A stretch of 64,000 bases of DNA, from positions 427,517 to 491,516 of the forward strand of contig NW_003314370.1 of NCBI RefSeq assembly GCF_000143415.4. Direction: 5' to 3'. This document shows positions 51,451 through 64,000 of this stretch, piece by piece. A model generated the notes under the pieces. That model did not search any database. It had not been told where the DNA came from and saw only the letters and a list, made by a program, of their open reading frames with translations. Numbering within the stretch: position 1 is the first letter of the stretch; each line of letters opens with the position of its first letter. The translations under genes and the position numbers were made by a program. Source of the DNA: Selaginella moellendorffii (taxonomy: Eukaryota; Plantae; Lycopodiophyta).

Positions 51451-54400
51451 TCAAGCATTGCCGATAATGTCGTGAACGATGGAGCACACTCCCTCGTCGT
51501 CGGAGCGCGCCGTGAGTTTCATCATCACGGCCTTCTTCGCGTCCATTCCAAACGCGAGCTTCACCAACACCTGGATCTCTCCCAGAAACTTTGCGGCCAG
51601 GAAGCAGACGTGAGATCTCGCGTTGGCGGCCACCACCTCGCTCCCCTCGCACGGCTGCATTCCGAGGATGCCAATCACCGCCTGGACTGCCTCTTGGACG
51701 CTCTCGCGCGGACCCAGCCCATACTCGGCCTCGAACTCGCTCTGGAGGCTCTCCCAGGTGCTCTTGAAGCTCACCACGCTCGTCTTCACGAAGTAGTCCG
51801 CGGCTGTCACCTGTGTTGAAAGAAAAAAGGAAAGAGTTTTCCACCGAGTCGCCAAACGCACAAGCTCGGTTTACCTGGAGATCCTCGAGCTGGTACTCAT
51901 CGTCGTAGCCTTCATCCTCTGGCTGGTTTGTCGTTGGATCCACCTGAAAAGAAAATCACAGGAGTTAAGTTTGTACTGGGACAAGGCGTTAAGTGTTACC
52001 TCTTTCAAGACGAACTTCATGGTGTTCGCAAATTTCCCAGTGGAGACGCCTTCTGGCTTTTGAAAAACCACGTAGGCTTGGCCGGGCGATCCATATGGTA
52101 GAGATGGGATTGAGCGAGAAAGAAGCTCCTGGAAATCTTCTGCTTCTGAGCCGTCGACCACCACAGTAACCTGGAGTAATAGCGCGTCAGAAACTTGTTA
52201 ATTGATTGGTCGCAGTTTCTCACCTTTTCTAGAACTTGTTCCGCTACTGTGTTCGTGCAATTGAATTCGAACACAACATGCTCGGCGTATATGTGTTTTA
52301 CAGCATTCACAGAATACTCAGTCTCCGGCTCAGTTAGCTCAGTAGGTTGCGACGACTGCAAGAACAACGTATATAATTAATGACCATATATAATAACAAA
52401 GTCCAGAAAGAAAAATTACCGTGAGAAGTTTTCCAAAACCAGAAAATCCCGGGATGGAGCTCAATCTTTTTTCATGAGAAACTGTTGGAGCAACAACCGC
52501 GCTGGTGGTTTCAGGAACGGAAGGAGCAGAGTCTCTTCCAGTTTTCTTCATCTTATTGTCCACGACTGGCTGTGCTTTAACATCCACTGACACTGAGTGT
52601 ATGTCGAATGGCGATTCGCTTGGATCCTGCGTAAAAATGTTACTGATGGTACAAACTGGACACTGTGTTGCTTACATAAGACTGCAGACTCGCTTCCAAG
52701 TTGGCTAGAGGTATCTTTAGTGGATCAAAAAGAGAATGCTTCGCTTCTTCTCTTTCGGCTTGGTCCCCTTCAAGTGCAGTCAAGTACATAGTTGCACGGT
52801 CACGCACCTGAATCTCAACCCTTGTTTATTTTGAACCAAACAATGTTGAATTGTTACCTCATCATCGTTATCATATACGCAGCGCCTGAGCAATATGACG
52901 ATTCGCGGCTGCAGCGAACACGCGTAAGCATCTAAAGAAACTTTGGCCACTTACCCGAAGAGAGTCAACCGCAAGTCCAAATTTCGCTAACGAGCTGACA
53001 GCGCTTGCTCGAACAGTAGCATTTTCCAATATTACACGATTGTAGATGTAGCGAATGTACTTGCTAGCATCGGAGGTCTTTGGTCCCTCTTCCCCAAGAA
53101 GATGCAATATCTGAAAAAAAATCTTGATAAAAGACATCCTGTTTCAAGATAGCAATGGGCACAACCTGTGTAGAAAGGTACGTAAACTCGCAGTCTTCAA
53201 TAAACTCACAAAGATGCACGAGCCCGCTTTCTTTGGCGTCTGGAATTTCGTTGATCAGAATTAAGATCGAGTCAACGATTGCCTTTTTATAGTCGAATCC
53301 TCCCTCTTCTCTAAGAATGCCACTAAGGAAGTTCATCCTGGAAAGTTACGGTATCAGCAAATGAGCGAAAGGGAAAGGACACTTACAAAGACCGATATTT
53401 TTGTGGAAACTTTAGGCAAAGCGACCGAATTGCTTCCACAACAACGATTTTGAACTCGTCCGCGATGTCGGACATAAAGCTCGTAATTTGCTTCATCAAA
53501 CGATCAACGCCACCTTCATTTCCCGTTTTCAACAGCGTCGTAATGGCCAGTGTTGCGATGCTGCGGTTTTGATCATTGATCAAGCTTTCCATGTCGATAT
53601 TGCAGTTGGTGACTGCAAGGGGATGGCTCATGGCCACCTGTTTGGAAAAAAAGAACCAAAGGATCATCAAACAAACATTCGACTTGTTGATGCCACTTAC
53701 TTTGTTCAAAGTTCTTGCGGCAGCAAACCGATGGACAGGCTTCGACGACGTTAACAGCATTTGCAGCATCGTGATGGCTGGCATCAACTCCCGACCGGTG
53801 ACTGTACTCGAATTGGTTATGATTCTCGCAGCTTCATATTGTGTCATTTCTGATTTATGACGCAAACAGGTCTCCAAGTATTCATAGTAGGGTCGATCTC
53901 CACCGGGAGCATTTCCAGCCGAATCCTTGATCACCTACAGACCATCACTAATTCAGTATACAACCGACGGCTATAATGTTGATTTAAATACCTGGCTCGT
54001 GTAGCGCACAAGAAGGCATTGTGCGAGAGGAGAGCGAACCGTCCCTCGAATCAAGCTAGTCACAAGTTTACTAACAGCAAGACGATCGTTTTGTTTAATC
54101 TGCATAAAGATTCAGAATTTCCATTACCAGAAACAAATATAGTAATTACCTGGCGCAGAAGTGCCAAAGCATGGAACTGCACTAGAGGGTTCTTGGACTG
54201 AACGGCCTCTTGCACTTCGTTGCTCCATCTTCTTACGATCTCCGGATTCGTCTGAAAAAAAACTTAAATCCAAATGAACCTGGGAAGAATGCAACCACAC
54301 CTGTAGAAGATGAATGCCACTGACAATAGCAGCACTAGCAACAACCGGATTCTTATCAACCACGGCCTGCTTGAGGTATCTCTCGATCTGACCCAGGAGA

Positions 54401-55091
54401 GCACCATCGGTAATCCTACAAAGCACCCTTATTGCATTTGCTCGGTAGAGATCCGTCTTAGAGCTCATGTCCTTCATCAGCGAGCTTGTGACTATGATAA
54501 CCTGTCAGCAAAGCTATGTCTTAAAAAACCTTTCCAAAGGCGTTTCCACGAGCTTACCTCGTCGGACGATGGAGTGACCTCCTTGATCATCAAATAAACC
54601 ATTCGCCTCAAAGGAACGTCTTTCGATTGGAAGAGCTTAGTGACCGCGAAGAAAACCTCGGTCGCTTCCGTCTGTAGGAACAAAGCAAAGGATTAAAGGA
54701 ACAGAAGAAAACCACTGGATAGATCACCTTTGTGAACGTTTCTCCTTGATTGAGCAAGTAGAGAAGCTTTGTGATGACCTTCAAAGAGAATTTCTTAAGC
54801 AACATTGGAAAAATAGACGATGGAGAGTCACCTGCGCACATCTCCTCGTGTCGAGCTGAGGATCATTGAAGACACGAGCTTCCTGGAGAACCGACGCCTT
54901 CTCGATTCCATAGAAAGGAGAGTACTCCGCTGCAAATCAAAAATCACACTCGAGAATTCAGATCCACAGATCTGGCAGGACTACAAGACCTAAATCAACC
55001 GGAAGCGCAAGATCTACGAGCACAGGCACTGGATCTTACCATCATCTTCCCGATCGTCGTCCTTCTTGGCGCCGGACTGAGCAAGCGCCAT
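51451..55091 (-). CDS. COPG: Coatomer subunit gamma, multi-exon
   Basis: [35 protein letters not shown]; [17 protein letters not shown]; [18 protein letters not shown]; [19 protein letters not shown]; [14 protein letters not shown]; [15 protein letters not shown]; [12 protein letters not shown]; [13 protein letters not shown]. Confidence 0.97.
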
Positions 55092-55175
55092 CACTGCTCT
55101 GTGAATACCCTAAAACCCCGAAAGGGAATATACTCTTTGCGGATATGAGAGAGATTTTAGGGTTTATACAAGACG
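55092..55175. promoter_or_regulatory. Putative bidirectional promoter with opposed telo-box-like motifs
   Basis: Only 84 bp separate the divergent ATGs of COPG and RPS10. accctaaa at about 55107 and tttagggttt at about 55157. Confidence 0.65.
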
Positions 55176-55957
55176 ATGGCTATGGCAGCGTCTTGTTCTA
55201 CGCTGCCGATGAGAATGTGCGTCGATAATGGCGCTCTCTCGTCACGGTGTATGGCGGCATCGATGCGCCCGCGGCTGTTACCTCAAATGCAGGTAAATCT
55301 CTATCTCTCGCGAGAGAACGCGGGGTCTCAAGGTTCTTGGAATTGGATTTTAGATCACAGCGAAGCTTTCTCGATCGAGATTTCCAGCGCGCGCGACATC
55401 GGCCGTAGAAGAGCCAGTTGAGGAGAGCAGCATTGACGCAGAGCCTTCAATCGCAACGCCAGTCGCGGAAGAACCAGCCGCGCCTGCGACACTGGTGAGT
55501 GAAATCGGTGAAATTTCTTTCCAGAGTTGAGCTTGGGTGATGAGATTTCTTGGTTTTCTTCTCACGATGGTCATCCGATAGAGAATGATCGGACCCCAAT
55601 CTCTCTGACAAAGCTCACGATTGATCTCTCTTCTTTTCTTTCCAGGCACTGCCACAGCAAAAGATTAGAGTGAAGCTCCGGGCCTACTTTGGGGAATACA
55701 TCGAGGAGGCTGCCAAGATGATCGTGGAGGCCGTCAAGAACACCGGAGCTGGGGTCATGGGTCCGGTGCCACTCCCCACGGAGCGAAAGATTTTTTGCGT
55801 GCTTCGATCGCCTCATGTCGACAAGGATTCGCGAGAACACTTCCAGATCAAAACCCACAAGAGACTGATCGATATCAAGAATCCAAACCCACGAACAATC
55901 GATGCGCTCATGCAACTGGACATCCCGGCTGGCGTTGACGTCGAAGTAAAACTTTGA
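55176..55957 (+). CDS. RPS10: Plastid 30S ribosomal protein S10 (nuclear-encoded); exons 55176-55292, 55354-55494, 55646-55957
   Basis: Transit-peptide-like N-terminus, then [11 protein letters not shown]...[39 protein letters not shown]...[20 protein letters not shown]. Confidence 0.95.
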
Positions 55958-57204
55958 TCTATCTAAATGTCTCAGAAAGTCTTGCAAGAACCCTAACCCT
56001 TAAATCTTTGCGGAACAGTCCAAATATAACTTTAATCAGCATTATAAGGGACTAAACTTGCCTTAGTCTGCCCTAAACGCAAGGTCTAGGGCAAAGCACA
56101 AACATCCCACATGCCCAAACGCCGTTGTGATTCTTCTCTTTAAAAAGCCCTGAATTCTGGTGATTGATACTTATTGGGTTGTAGAGTATGCATCTGATGA
56201 CCCGTCTGTGTGTCTCGAAGTATAAGTCATACTCCGACCCATTAAGTTTTGCAATTTTTTTATTTTTATTTTTTTCAAAATCAAAAAATATGATACCAGA
56301 ATATTCCACTAAAGAGGTCGCTTGAAAATGGTGTATGGCTGCGGCACTGGGAAGTTCTTTGGATCTCGCGGTGCTCTGGGTGGAGGCAGGAACGCATTGC
56401 TGATGCTCTGGGTTTCGGGTTTGGAATGGCCTTGGTCGCATCGGCGAGATCAAAGGTTGCACGGGATCATCCCGAGGAGAAGAAGGCGCCGCCGACGGTG
56501 GCAAAGCTCGCCGCACCCGTCGTCTCGGTGCCCTCGGTGAACGGAGTGGAGGCGAGGTCGCAGCTCGCGAGAATGGAGGTGGGAATGAAGCTGTACAAGG
56601 CGTGATCGTGGTAACAAGTCCTTGTTTTTCTTTTTCTCGCAGCTTTCACTTCTTCTTTGCAGGAAAATCGCGGCCAGACTCTCTCAAGCGACCGTTTTTA
56701 CTTTTCCCTCTTATGTTTCTCTTGAGCACGGGTTTTGGTTTCTCTTCTATCTCTCCTACTTGTCTGGATTCTAATCTTTCATTCGATATGTGGCAACGAA
56801 TCGATTTTAAGGAACAGAGCTCAAGAGTGAGATTAAGGTCCCGTGCTCTACTTTAGAGTGTGCAATTGTTTTTCTTGGGCTATTGTTTGTAGTTATTTGA
56901 TCTTCGTTCGTTCATAATCTTTCTCCATCAAGCAGAAGGTGGTTGGACTGCACATAAAGCCTTTAGAAATTCTCCTCCTGACATCTTGGATAGCAACCAA
57001 ATATAAGACCAAAAAAAACCTGAAACTTTTACCTCGATCTGATTTGTGGCATAAGTTGAGATCCTCCCAATGTTATTTTTTGATGAGATCACTCATTCTA
57101 GAAAAATGACAAAGAATCAACCTAGTTTTCGTGAGTTACAAAAAATTTGCTCACCAGGTGAAAGGAATATGCTTTCCCTTTGCATTTGCTAAGTTGGTGA
57201 TTTT

Positions 57205-57511
57205 AGGTTTGCTTAAGGGGATTGTATATGCTTGGATATTCTAGGATATTCTACCATCTTATTCATTTAGATTAATCTTGTATTTATAATTTACAAACAT
57301 GTTTATAAATTATAAACTTTCTTAAACCCTTTCTAGTATATTATTTTTTATTCTATCATTTAATGGCTGATATGCAATAAAATTAATCTTGTGTTTATAA
57401 ATTACAAACATGCTTATAATTATAAACTTTAATTGATCAATTGGATTAATAAGTAATAATAAAATTACTATTAAGCAAACCAGGTGTTGCTACATGCAAC
57501 ATGTAGCAATT
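57205..57511 (+). mobile_element. Fourth copy of the HINE-like element
   Basis: Matches 16511-16805. 5' ggtttgcttaag, 3' ttaagcaaacca and a perfect stem-loop TTGCTACATG-CAA-CATGTAGCAA (57487-57509). Confidence 0.8.
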
Positions 57512-58229
57512 TATTCATAGCATTGGGAAACTCTTCATGCCATCAGATAACTCAAGCTTTTTAACTCATAAAAATAGGTTAAGGGCCTATGCCATCTTAT
57601 TATTACTCTGAATGGATGAGTTAGGTGCAAGTTTGGTGAGCCCATTCTTGTAATTAATAGGCATGCACATTTTTCAATCCAATGGCCATAGACAGTTTAA
57701 CTAACTTAATAGGCGAGAGACAACTGCTTTCTAAACTAGCTAAATAAAATATTTGTATTTATTTTACAGCCCCACATGCTAGTCTCCACCCTCATCATCA
57801 ACAAATTATTCTAGTAGTTTTACATAAATTATTAAGAGTTATATATAGTAATTTCTGGAGCTTACATACTGATAAATTAGTTAAATTAATTGCAATGTGA
57901 TAAGGACAATAATGCTAATTTATTAATTAATTTTAAATTAGAAAAAATAACAAAGAAGATTTTTCATATTTTTTTAATAAATTCTATATAAATTTTTCAT
58001 ATTAAATAAATAACACTTGTAAAGACTAGAAACTTTTATCTCATAAATTTATCTTTTCATCTTGTATAAAATTAGAAAAATAATAATTTAAGAAATATAA
58101 ATTACAGTGGAGAAAACTAAAAATATTTTAGAAGACCGACCATTAACACAAATATTGATTATGGTTAAAATATAAAAAGTAAAACTTTATGAATCATAAA
58201 ATAATATGAAAGAAAATCCATAGACAATC

Positions 58230-59730
58230 AAGTTAAAACATCATTTTTATTCAAACCACTCATTCCTATATATAAGCTAAGGTTTTTAAGTTAATTTATA
58301 TACACATTTCTATATTCCATTTCCATAATCCATGTATATTGGTGGAGATGAAAGGTAACTTTGATCGTCTATTAAGAGTGTTTGGATTTCAACTATTAGT
58401 TTAGATGTAGCTTTTGTATTATTTAAATTTTATTATTTGTTATAGCTTTTTTAATATCTTCTCTTTTGTTTTTTTCCTTTTTATATAACAAAGCAACAAC
58501 CTCTTCCTTTTTTGACTCTAGAGCAACAATTGATAGTAGCTTAATACTATGCAATTGTAATTGAATAATCAAACTCAATTAATAGTGGCATTTACAACAT
58601 ATGGTATAACTTTTTTTTCTCTTACTACTAATCCTCACATCTAATTAGAGTTCTTCTGTGGGAATCTTGGGGATGATGTATACAATTAATTCAATTACTT
58701 TACAATGATTGCTTTCTATCATTCTTGGGATGATATTCAGTGTTTACATGAGTTTCTCACATGTATTCAAGGGATGGCATTACAATAGTATAATAGTTTT
58801 AGTGTAGCCACTTATGCAGATTGGATCATTCTCCCAAACATCTTTAAGCATGTATTTGAAAGGAATGTCAAATGTATAAACAATTATAATGATATTTTCT
58901 ATTGTAATACCTTCAACAAACGTCATTTGAGTCAATGATGCAATTTAGCATTCACTTCCGAAGCCTTTTACTTCGTATGGAGTTAAATATGTCAAAGTAA
59001 ATCAAGTTAAAAATGTTATGACTAACACTTTATTAAGATCTTGTAGGATTTGTGTATGCATTCGCTCCAACCATCCTTAACGATATTTTTCGATTGACAT
59101 AACATTATAAGACATCATCTCTTCCACTTCTTGTTATATGTTCTTTATCTCTATTTTTTGTGGGAAATGGTTTTATTTTAATGGAGGTTACTATTTGTGT
59201 TTAAGGATAAGGGAAAGGACATGGTTGTGGCCATAATGTTTATTACTAGGTGTATGATAAGATTGGCCACACATATAAGTGTTATTGATATTTTTTGGAT
59301 TGATATCCTCCATTTCCTAAGTGGAGATTTTGGCATCAACAACATTTTGTTAGTGGTATTGTAGTGGAAGGTCTTAACACAGAGATTCTTCCAAAAAATA
59401 AAGAATTACATGAGTTGTTGAGGGTTTTTACATGAATAAATTGGTGACCTTTTTATACTTCTTTCGACTGTATTATTAAGGGGTTCACTCAACACTAGTT
59501 CATCTAATAACTTATTTTTATAATAAAAGGCCTTTTATTATTCTTTATGTGTTAGTTAATATAAGATTGAGTTTTTCTTCTATTGCTTAGCCTATTGCCA
59601 TATGTTGCCATTTATAATTATGTTGTGTAGTAGAGCTACTCTTCATCCTTTATAGCAATGGTCGTATAAATATATATGCATGGGATGAGGTGAATTTAGC
59701 TGTGCATATTGGAGATCTTGAGCTTGAACT
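58230..59730 (+). mobile_element. Decayed 5' part (LTR, PBS, gag) of the same gypsy family
   Basis: Reverse-complement similarity to about 48500-50070. PBS TGGTGGAGATG at 58340-58350. Confidence 0.75.
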
Positions 59731-60529
59731 TTAATCGTTAATATATATATATATATATATATCTTTAATATCAAAGCAATTTTGTATATGACTTTCATAT
59801 CACAATAAAAATAAACCACTATAATTTTTGAATAAATATTTACTGTATAAAAAATAAATTAACCATAAATTCTTGTAAAGTTGAAGATGATAAGAAATTT
59901 AAGTTCTTTTAATGCCTTTTATGTCCTAAATGTATACTCATTGAAATTTTAAATATGTTTTTATGAAATAAGTAAATTAATCAACTATTTCTAGCTAAGA
60001 GACCATTATAAATTTGTGTTTTTTTACATATGTATATTTTATTCTTATATAGATGATAATATACATACATACATACATACACATATTTGTGTGTGTGTGT
60101 GTGTGTGGTAATTGCTACTACCAACACAACCCAAGTTAATGGATTATAAAATCTATCATGTTTAAAAGTTACTTTGATTTTTTTTTGGAGACTGTATGTT
60201 TAGTTCAAGTTTGTTAAATGATAAATAAAAATAATATGTTTTATAAAAATTATGAATGATAAGAATAAAACTAGAAAGGAATTATTGCACTGATGTAATG
60301 AATTATCCATTCTATCCACAATAATTTAGATACTAAGTATTTCTATTTATTTTTTTACTTACCATCTATAGCAACAATGTTTTATTCATATTACTATAGA
60401 TTACAATATTGAGGAACCATATTATATTTCTAAAACAACATTAATTAAAACACATTGTTAAAAGCTAGTTTGATAAACTTTTGTATATAAACTATTGAAA
60501 TGTATACCTTTTATCAATTTTATGCACTC

Positions 60530-63367
60530 TCAAATAATCTCATTCTTGTGATTGGGGACAAACGTAATTTCTGTCATTGAATTCCCACTTCTAGCTAAGA
60601 GATCCATCAAGCAACATTTAGCATTATCTCCAACTCGTATTCCAAAATCATCAGCCATGGATACAATATAATGCTTGGCAAAGCTTTGTTTGCCTGTATG
60701 GCTACAGGCTAGAAGAAGAGACACAAAGCATGACTCTGATGGCATTTCACTCAAATTCATCTCATAAAACAGCTGGAAAGCTTGAGATGAATGGCCACCC
60801 TGGGCATATGCACCCAACATTGTACTCCAAGAAACAGTGTTTTGCTCTGGCATCATTTGAAACAGATGGAACGCTTGTTCAAGATTCCCATTCTGAGAAT
60901 AAGCTACCAGCATCGCACACCAAGATACCAAGTTCCTCTGGGGAATATCCCAGAAGATTTGCCAGGCCTCCGCAATGCAATCTTGTTGGGCATATGTGGA
61001 GAGCATTGCAGTGTGGCACACGGTATCTTTCTCAGGCAAAGAAGCAAACAAAGCCAGAGCGTCCTCAAGATAACCTTTCTGGGCATAAAGCACAAGCATG
61101 ACTGTTGATGATACCAAGTCCCACTCGGGCATTCTGGCAAAGATTCCCACGCATCTATCCAAATCACCAACTTGAGAAACCGCCACTAACAATGAAGTCC
61201 AGAGAACCAAACTCTTTTGTAAGAACCTCTCAAAGAGCATCTCAAGCTCATCAAACTCATTGCATAGAGCATATAAAGAAAAGAGTCTTGTGGACAAGCA
61301 CACATCTAGCTCTGGGATATTCTCGTATAGTTTCTTGGCTCTCCTGAAATCGTAAATATTCCCAATGCCGGCCCAAGATGCTAAACTGTGACATGGCATG
61401 GAATCAAAGATTTCCTGGGCCTCCTCCGCATGGCCTTCTTGTGAGTACACAGCCACCATGTTGTTACACGCCGTTAGATCTCTCTCGGGCATTTTCTGGA
61501 AGAGATCAACCGCAGAGACGACATGCCCGGACCGGGCATACCACGTCAGCATGGTGCTAAAGGTGGCGAGATTATACTCTGGAACCTCCCGCACAAACAG
61601 CCTGTGGGCATCGGGATGGACGGCCAGGATCGAGTTCCAGGACACGAGATTCCATTCCGGAATGTCTTCGAAGACCCGTATTGCCTCTTTGGTATTCCCA
61701 GCGCGGGCATAGGCCGCCAGAAGCGTGTTCCAAGAGATCATATCCCTCGCCGGCATTGAGTTCTCGAAGAAATCCATGGCCTCGTCGCAGTTGTGGAGGA
61801 CAGATAGCATCGAGTTCCAGCAACAAAGATCCTTTCGCGGCACTTGGCTGAAGATCTCTCGTGACTTCTCGACATGCCCATGATGAACATACGCTGCCAG
61901 CATCTCGTTCCAAGTTACCGAGTCCAGCAGCGGCATCCCCGCGAAGATCTTCTCGGCAGCGCCCAAGTCCCCGGCTTGCGAGAGAGAACCGATCATCAGG
62001 GAGCTCGAGACGAAGTCGTGCTCGAGCATATGATCCTCGAAAAGCCGCTGCGCTTGAGTGATATGCCCCGACTCGGCATAGGCCGCCACCATTGCCGTGA
62101 AGGAGAAAACGTTCCCACACGCCGTCTCCTCAAACACCATCTCGGCTTCTCTCAGCTTTCCATCTTCCCGGAGCATTGCCAGCACCGAGTTCCACACCAC
62201 TAAGCTCTTCTCCGGGATCTTCTCGAGGAGCTCCAGTACCTGTTCGAAGCAGCCACTCCGGATAAGAACAGCCACCATGCTCGTCACCGAGGTCCCACTC
62301 CACTGCGGCATCATTGTCTCGAAAATCTTCCTCGCGGCTTCCAGTTCTTCGCAGCAGCCGAGGAGAGCGTTCCAGCTGACGAGACTGTGGCTCGGCATCT
62401 CGCGGAAGATCGCAACAGCGAGCTCGTAGCGTCCGGATCGAGAAGCCCCGCAGAGCAGCGTGTTCCACGAGATCAAATCCCATTCCGGGAGCTCCAACCG
62501 GAAGAACTCCCTGGCTTCTTCCATATGATCGTTCTGAGCATAGGCCGACAGCACCGAGTTCCACGAGACAAGATCCCACACTGGCATTTTCCAGAAGAGA
62601 GCACTAGCTTCTTTCACGAGTCTCATCTGTGAATACGCTGCTACTGCAGTGGAGTAAGAAACCATGTCACTGTCCGGCATGATCGAGAAAAGGAGTTCAA
62701 GTTCTTCTATAAACCCGGCCTGGGAATAAAGAGCCAGCATCGTGTTCCAGGACCTGTTATTCCGCAGTGGCATCCGGGCGAAGATCTCTTCGGCCATCTC
62801 CACCTCTCCATTCCGCGAATACCCCGCGAGCATCGCGTTCCAGGAGAGAATGTCTCGGTCATCGCCCATCTCGTCAAAGATCTCTTGTGCCTCGTCCATG
62901 CGATCGCTCTGGACGTAGCTCCCGAGAACTACGTTCCAGACGACGGTGTCATGGCGAGGCATCGCTTCCAGCACCAACTTTGCATCATCGACGTGCCCGT
63001 TCTGGGCATAAGCTGTGACGAGCGTCGTCCACGAAACTATGTCCCGTCTCTCCATTCGATCGAAGAGCTCTCTGGCTTCTCCCAGGCGCCTGTTCTTGGT
63101 GTAAGCAGCGAACATAAGTTCCCAAGAAAAGGTGTTTCTCCGAAGTCCCAAAGTGTCGAAGATCTTGCGAGCTTGGTCTGGGCCACCGCACCTTCCATAC
63201 ATTTGGATGAGCTTGTTTGAGAGGAATGTATCCTTGGTCGCGCCGATGTGTGCGTGCGCAGCCAAAGCCTTTGACAAGCTCTTGGACGACTCGATGAGCT
63301 CGAGGTATCTCTTGAACTGCTCATCGTTCTTTGCCTGTGAGTTCTTTCCCGACTTAACTGGAACCAT
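60530..63367 (-). CDS. PLS-class pentatricopeptide repeat protein (945 aa, intronless), ending early in the E region
   Basis: Many repeats such as RDIVSWTTLVTAYAQNGHVDDAK and DLVSWNSVLSAYAQ. The C-terminal FVSLLLACSHTG...CCLMDLLARSG is followed by a divergent tail. No DYW domain. Confidence 0.93.
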   Translation of the reverse strand: MVPVKSGKNSQAKNDEQFKRYLELIESSKSLSKALAAHAHIGATKDTFLSNKLIQMYGRCGGPDQARKIFDTLGLRRNTFSWELMFAAYTKNRRLGEARELFDRMERRDIVSWTTLVTAYAQNGHVDDAKLVLEAMPRHDTVVWNVVLGSYVQSDRMDEAQEIFDEMGDDRDILSWNAMLAGYSRNGEVEMAEEIFARMPLRNNRSWNTMLALYSQAGFIEELELLFSIMPDSDMVSYSTAVAAYSQMRLVKEASALFWKMPVWDLVSWNSVLSAYAQNDHMEEAREFFRLELPEWDLISWNTLLCGASRSGRYELAVAIFREMPSHSLVSWNALLGCCEELEAARKIFETMMPQWSGTSVTSMVAVLIRSGCFEQVLELLEKIPEKSLVVWNSVLAMLREDGKLREAEMVFEETACGNVFSFTAMVAAYAESGHITQAQRLFEDHMLEHDFVSSSLMIGSLSQAGDLGAAEKIFAGMPLLDSVTWNEMLAAYVHHGHVEKSREIFSQVPRKDLCCWNSMLSVLHNCDEAMDFFENSMPARDMISWNTLLAAYARAGNTKEAIRVFEDIPEWNLVSWNSILAVHPDAHRLFVREVPEYNLATFSTMLTWYARSGHVVSAVDLFQKMPERDLTACNNMVAVYSQEGHAEEAQEIFDSMPCHSLASWAGIGNIYDFRRAKKLYENIPELDVCLSTRLFSLYALCNEFDELEMLFERFLQKSLVLWTSLLVAVSQVGDLDRCVGIFARMPEWDLVSSTVMLVLYAQKGYLEDALALFASLPEKDTVCHTAMLSTYAQQDCIAEAWQIFWDIPQRNLVSWCAMLVAYSQNGNLEQAFHLFQMMPEQNTVSWSTMLGAYAQGGHSSQAFQLFYEMNLSEMPSESCFVSLLLACSHTGKQSFAKHYIVSMADDFGIRVGDNAKCCLMDLLARSGNSMTEITFVPNHKNEII

Positions 63368-63533
63368 AGATCTATGACTTCGCCATCTTTCCTGAATGAG
63401 AAGAACAGCTTTTCCTTGAAAGCCAGCTTTACCTTACTACTGCTCTACTTGTACAGCATGCTCAAATCCTCTGCTTTGATTCTTATTCCATTTCTTCCAC
63501 TCCCAGCAAGTTCCATTGGTATCGGTCCCTGAT

Positions 63534-64000
63534 TCAAACGAGCTTATAAGATCCATTCCACGGGAGAATTTTTTTACCTGGATGTTGTGGTCTGCGACGT
63601 CGGCGTGACCAGTTCGCATTGAAAATCGGTTTCTTCGGGACATGCACAAGCTTCATGAGGCAAGCGAGAGGGATGCTGAGACAACAAAGGAAAAGCACAA
63701 CAAAAAATTGAGAACTTCGTAATATTTCGCGATGACGAACCTTAGAAAGCCAATACCAACACACAGGAGCCAGTAGTGAATGACAAGTCGGGTTGTCTTG
63801 AAGTACTTGCCGAGGAACTCGATGATCACAATCTACAATCAACATGGCTTCTTTGAGTAAATAGCAAACGCTTGACAACAAAAAACCTGGATCACAGAAG
63901 TAACGCCTATGACGGTGCAAAACAGATAACTCTGAAAGACTCCCTTGAGCACATTGAGTTTCTGGAGCTTCCTTGCGTTGATTTCGTTAAAAACCTGGCA
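63534..64000 (-). CDS. ACA: 3' end of an autoinhibited P-IIB Ca2+-ATPase (ACA8/9/10-like); exons ...-63887, 63832-63741, 63675-63534
   Basis: QVFNEINARKLQKLNVLKGVFQSYLFCTVIGVTSVIQ/IVIIEFLGKYFKTTRLVIHYWLLCVGIGFL/SIPLACLMKLVHVP matches the last transmembrane helices of ACA pumps. Confidence 0.9.

Noticed and set aside
56073-56856. Short GC-rich ORFs downstream of RPS10
   Set aside because: No consistent spliced model or recognisable domain. May be a small gene or fragment, but unsupported.

Overview
Gene-dense plant nuclear DNA with many very short (about 36-110 nt) GT-AG introns, telo-box-type promoters and a PLS-class PPR gene. This is most consistent with a lycophyte such as Selaginella (inference). 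GC-balanced gene clusters contain eIF4E, an unknown protein, an MFI/C11orf65-like IQ protein, an RLT homeobox-DDT protein, RRP6-like 3, an Ole e 1/extensin-like protein, guanosine deaminase, coatomer gamma, plastid RPS10, a PPR protein and the 3' end of an ACA Ca2+-ATPase. These alternate with AT-rich transposon islands holding a decayed LINE RT, a frameshifted autonomous-type Helitron, Helentron/HINE-like non-autonomous elements and Ty3/gypsy copies. Main highlights: (1) two Crinkler-effector-like genes, each a PD-(D/E)XK nuclease fused to a kinase, one with intact catalytic motifs and one doubly degenerate, inside the 7-22.5 kb TE island; (2) a complete Cassandra-like TRIM with 5S rRNA promoter sequence in its LTRs, plus solo LTRs; (3) a chimera of BAHD and L-aspartate oxidase fragments next to the Helitron. 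All calls come from reading the sequence by eye; no database searches were run.
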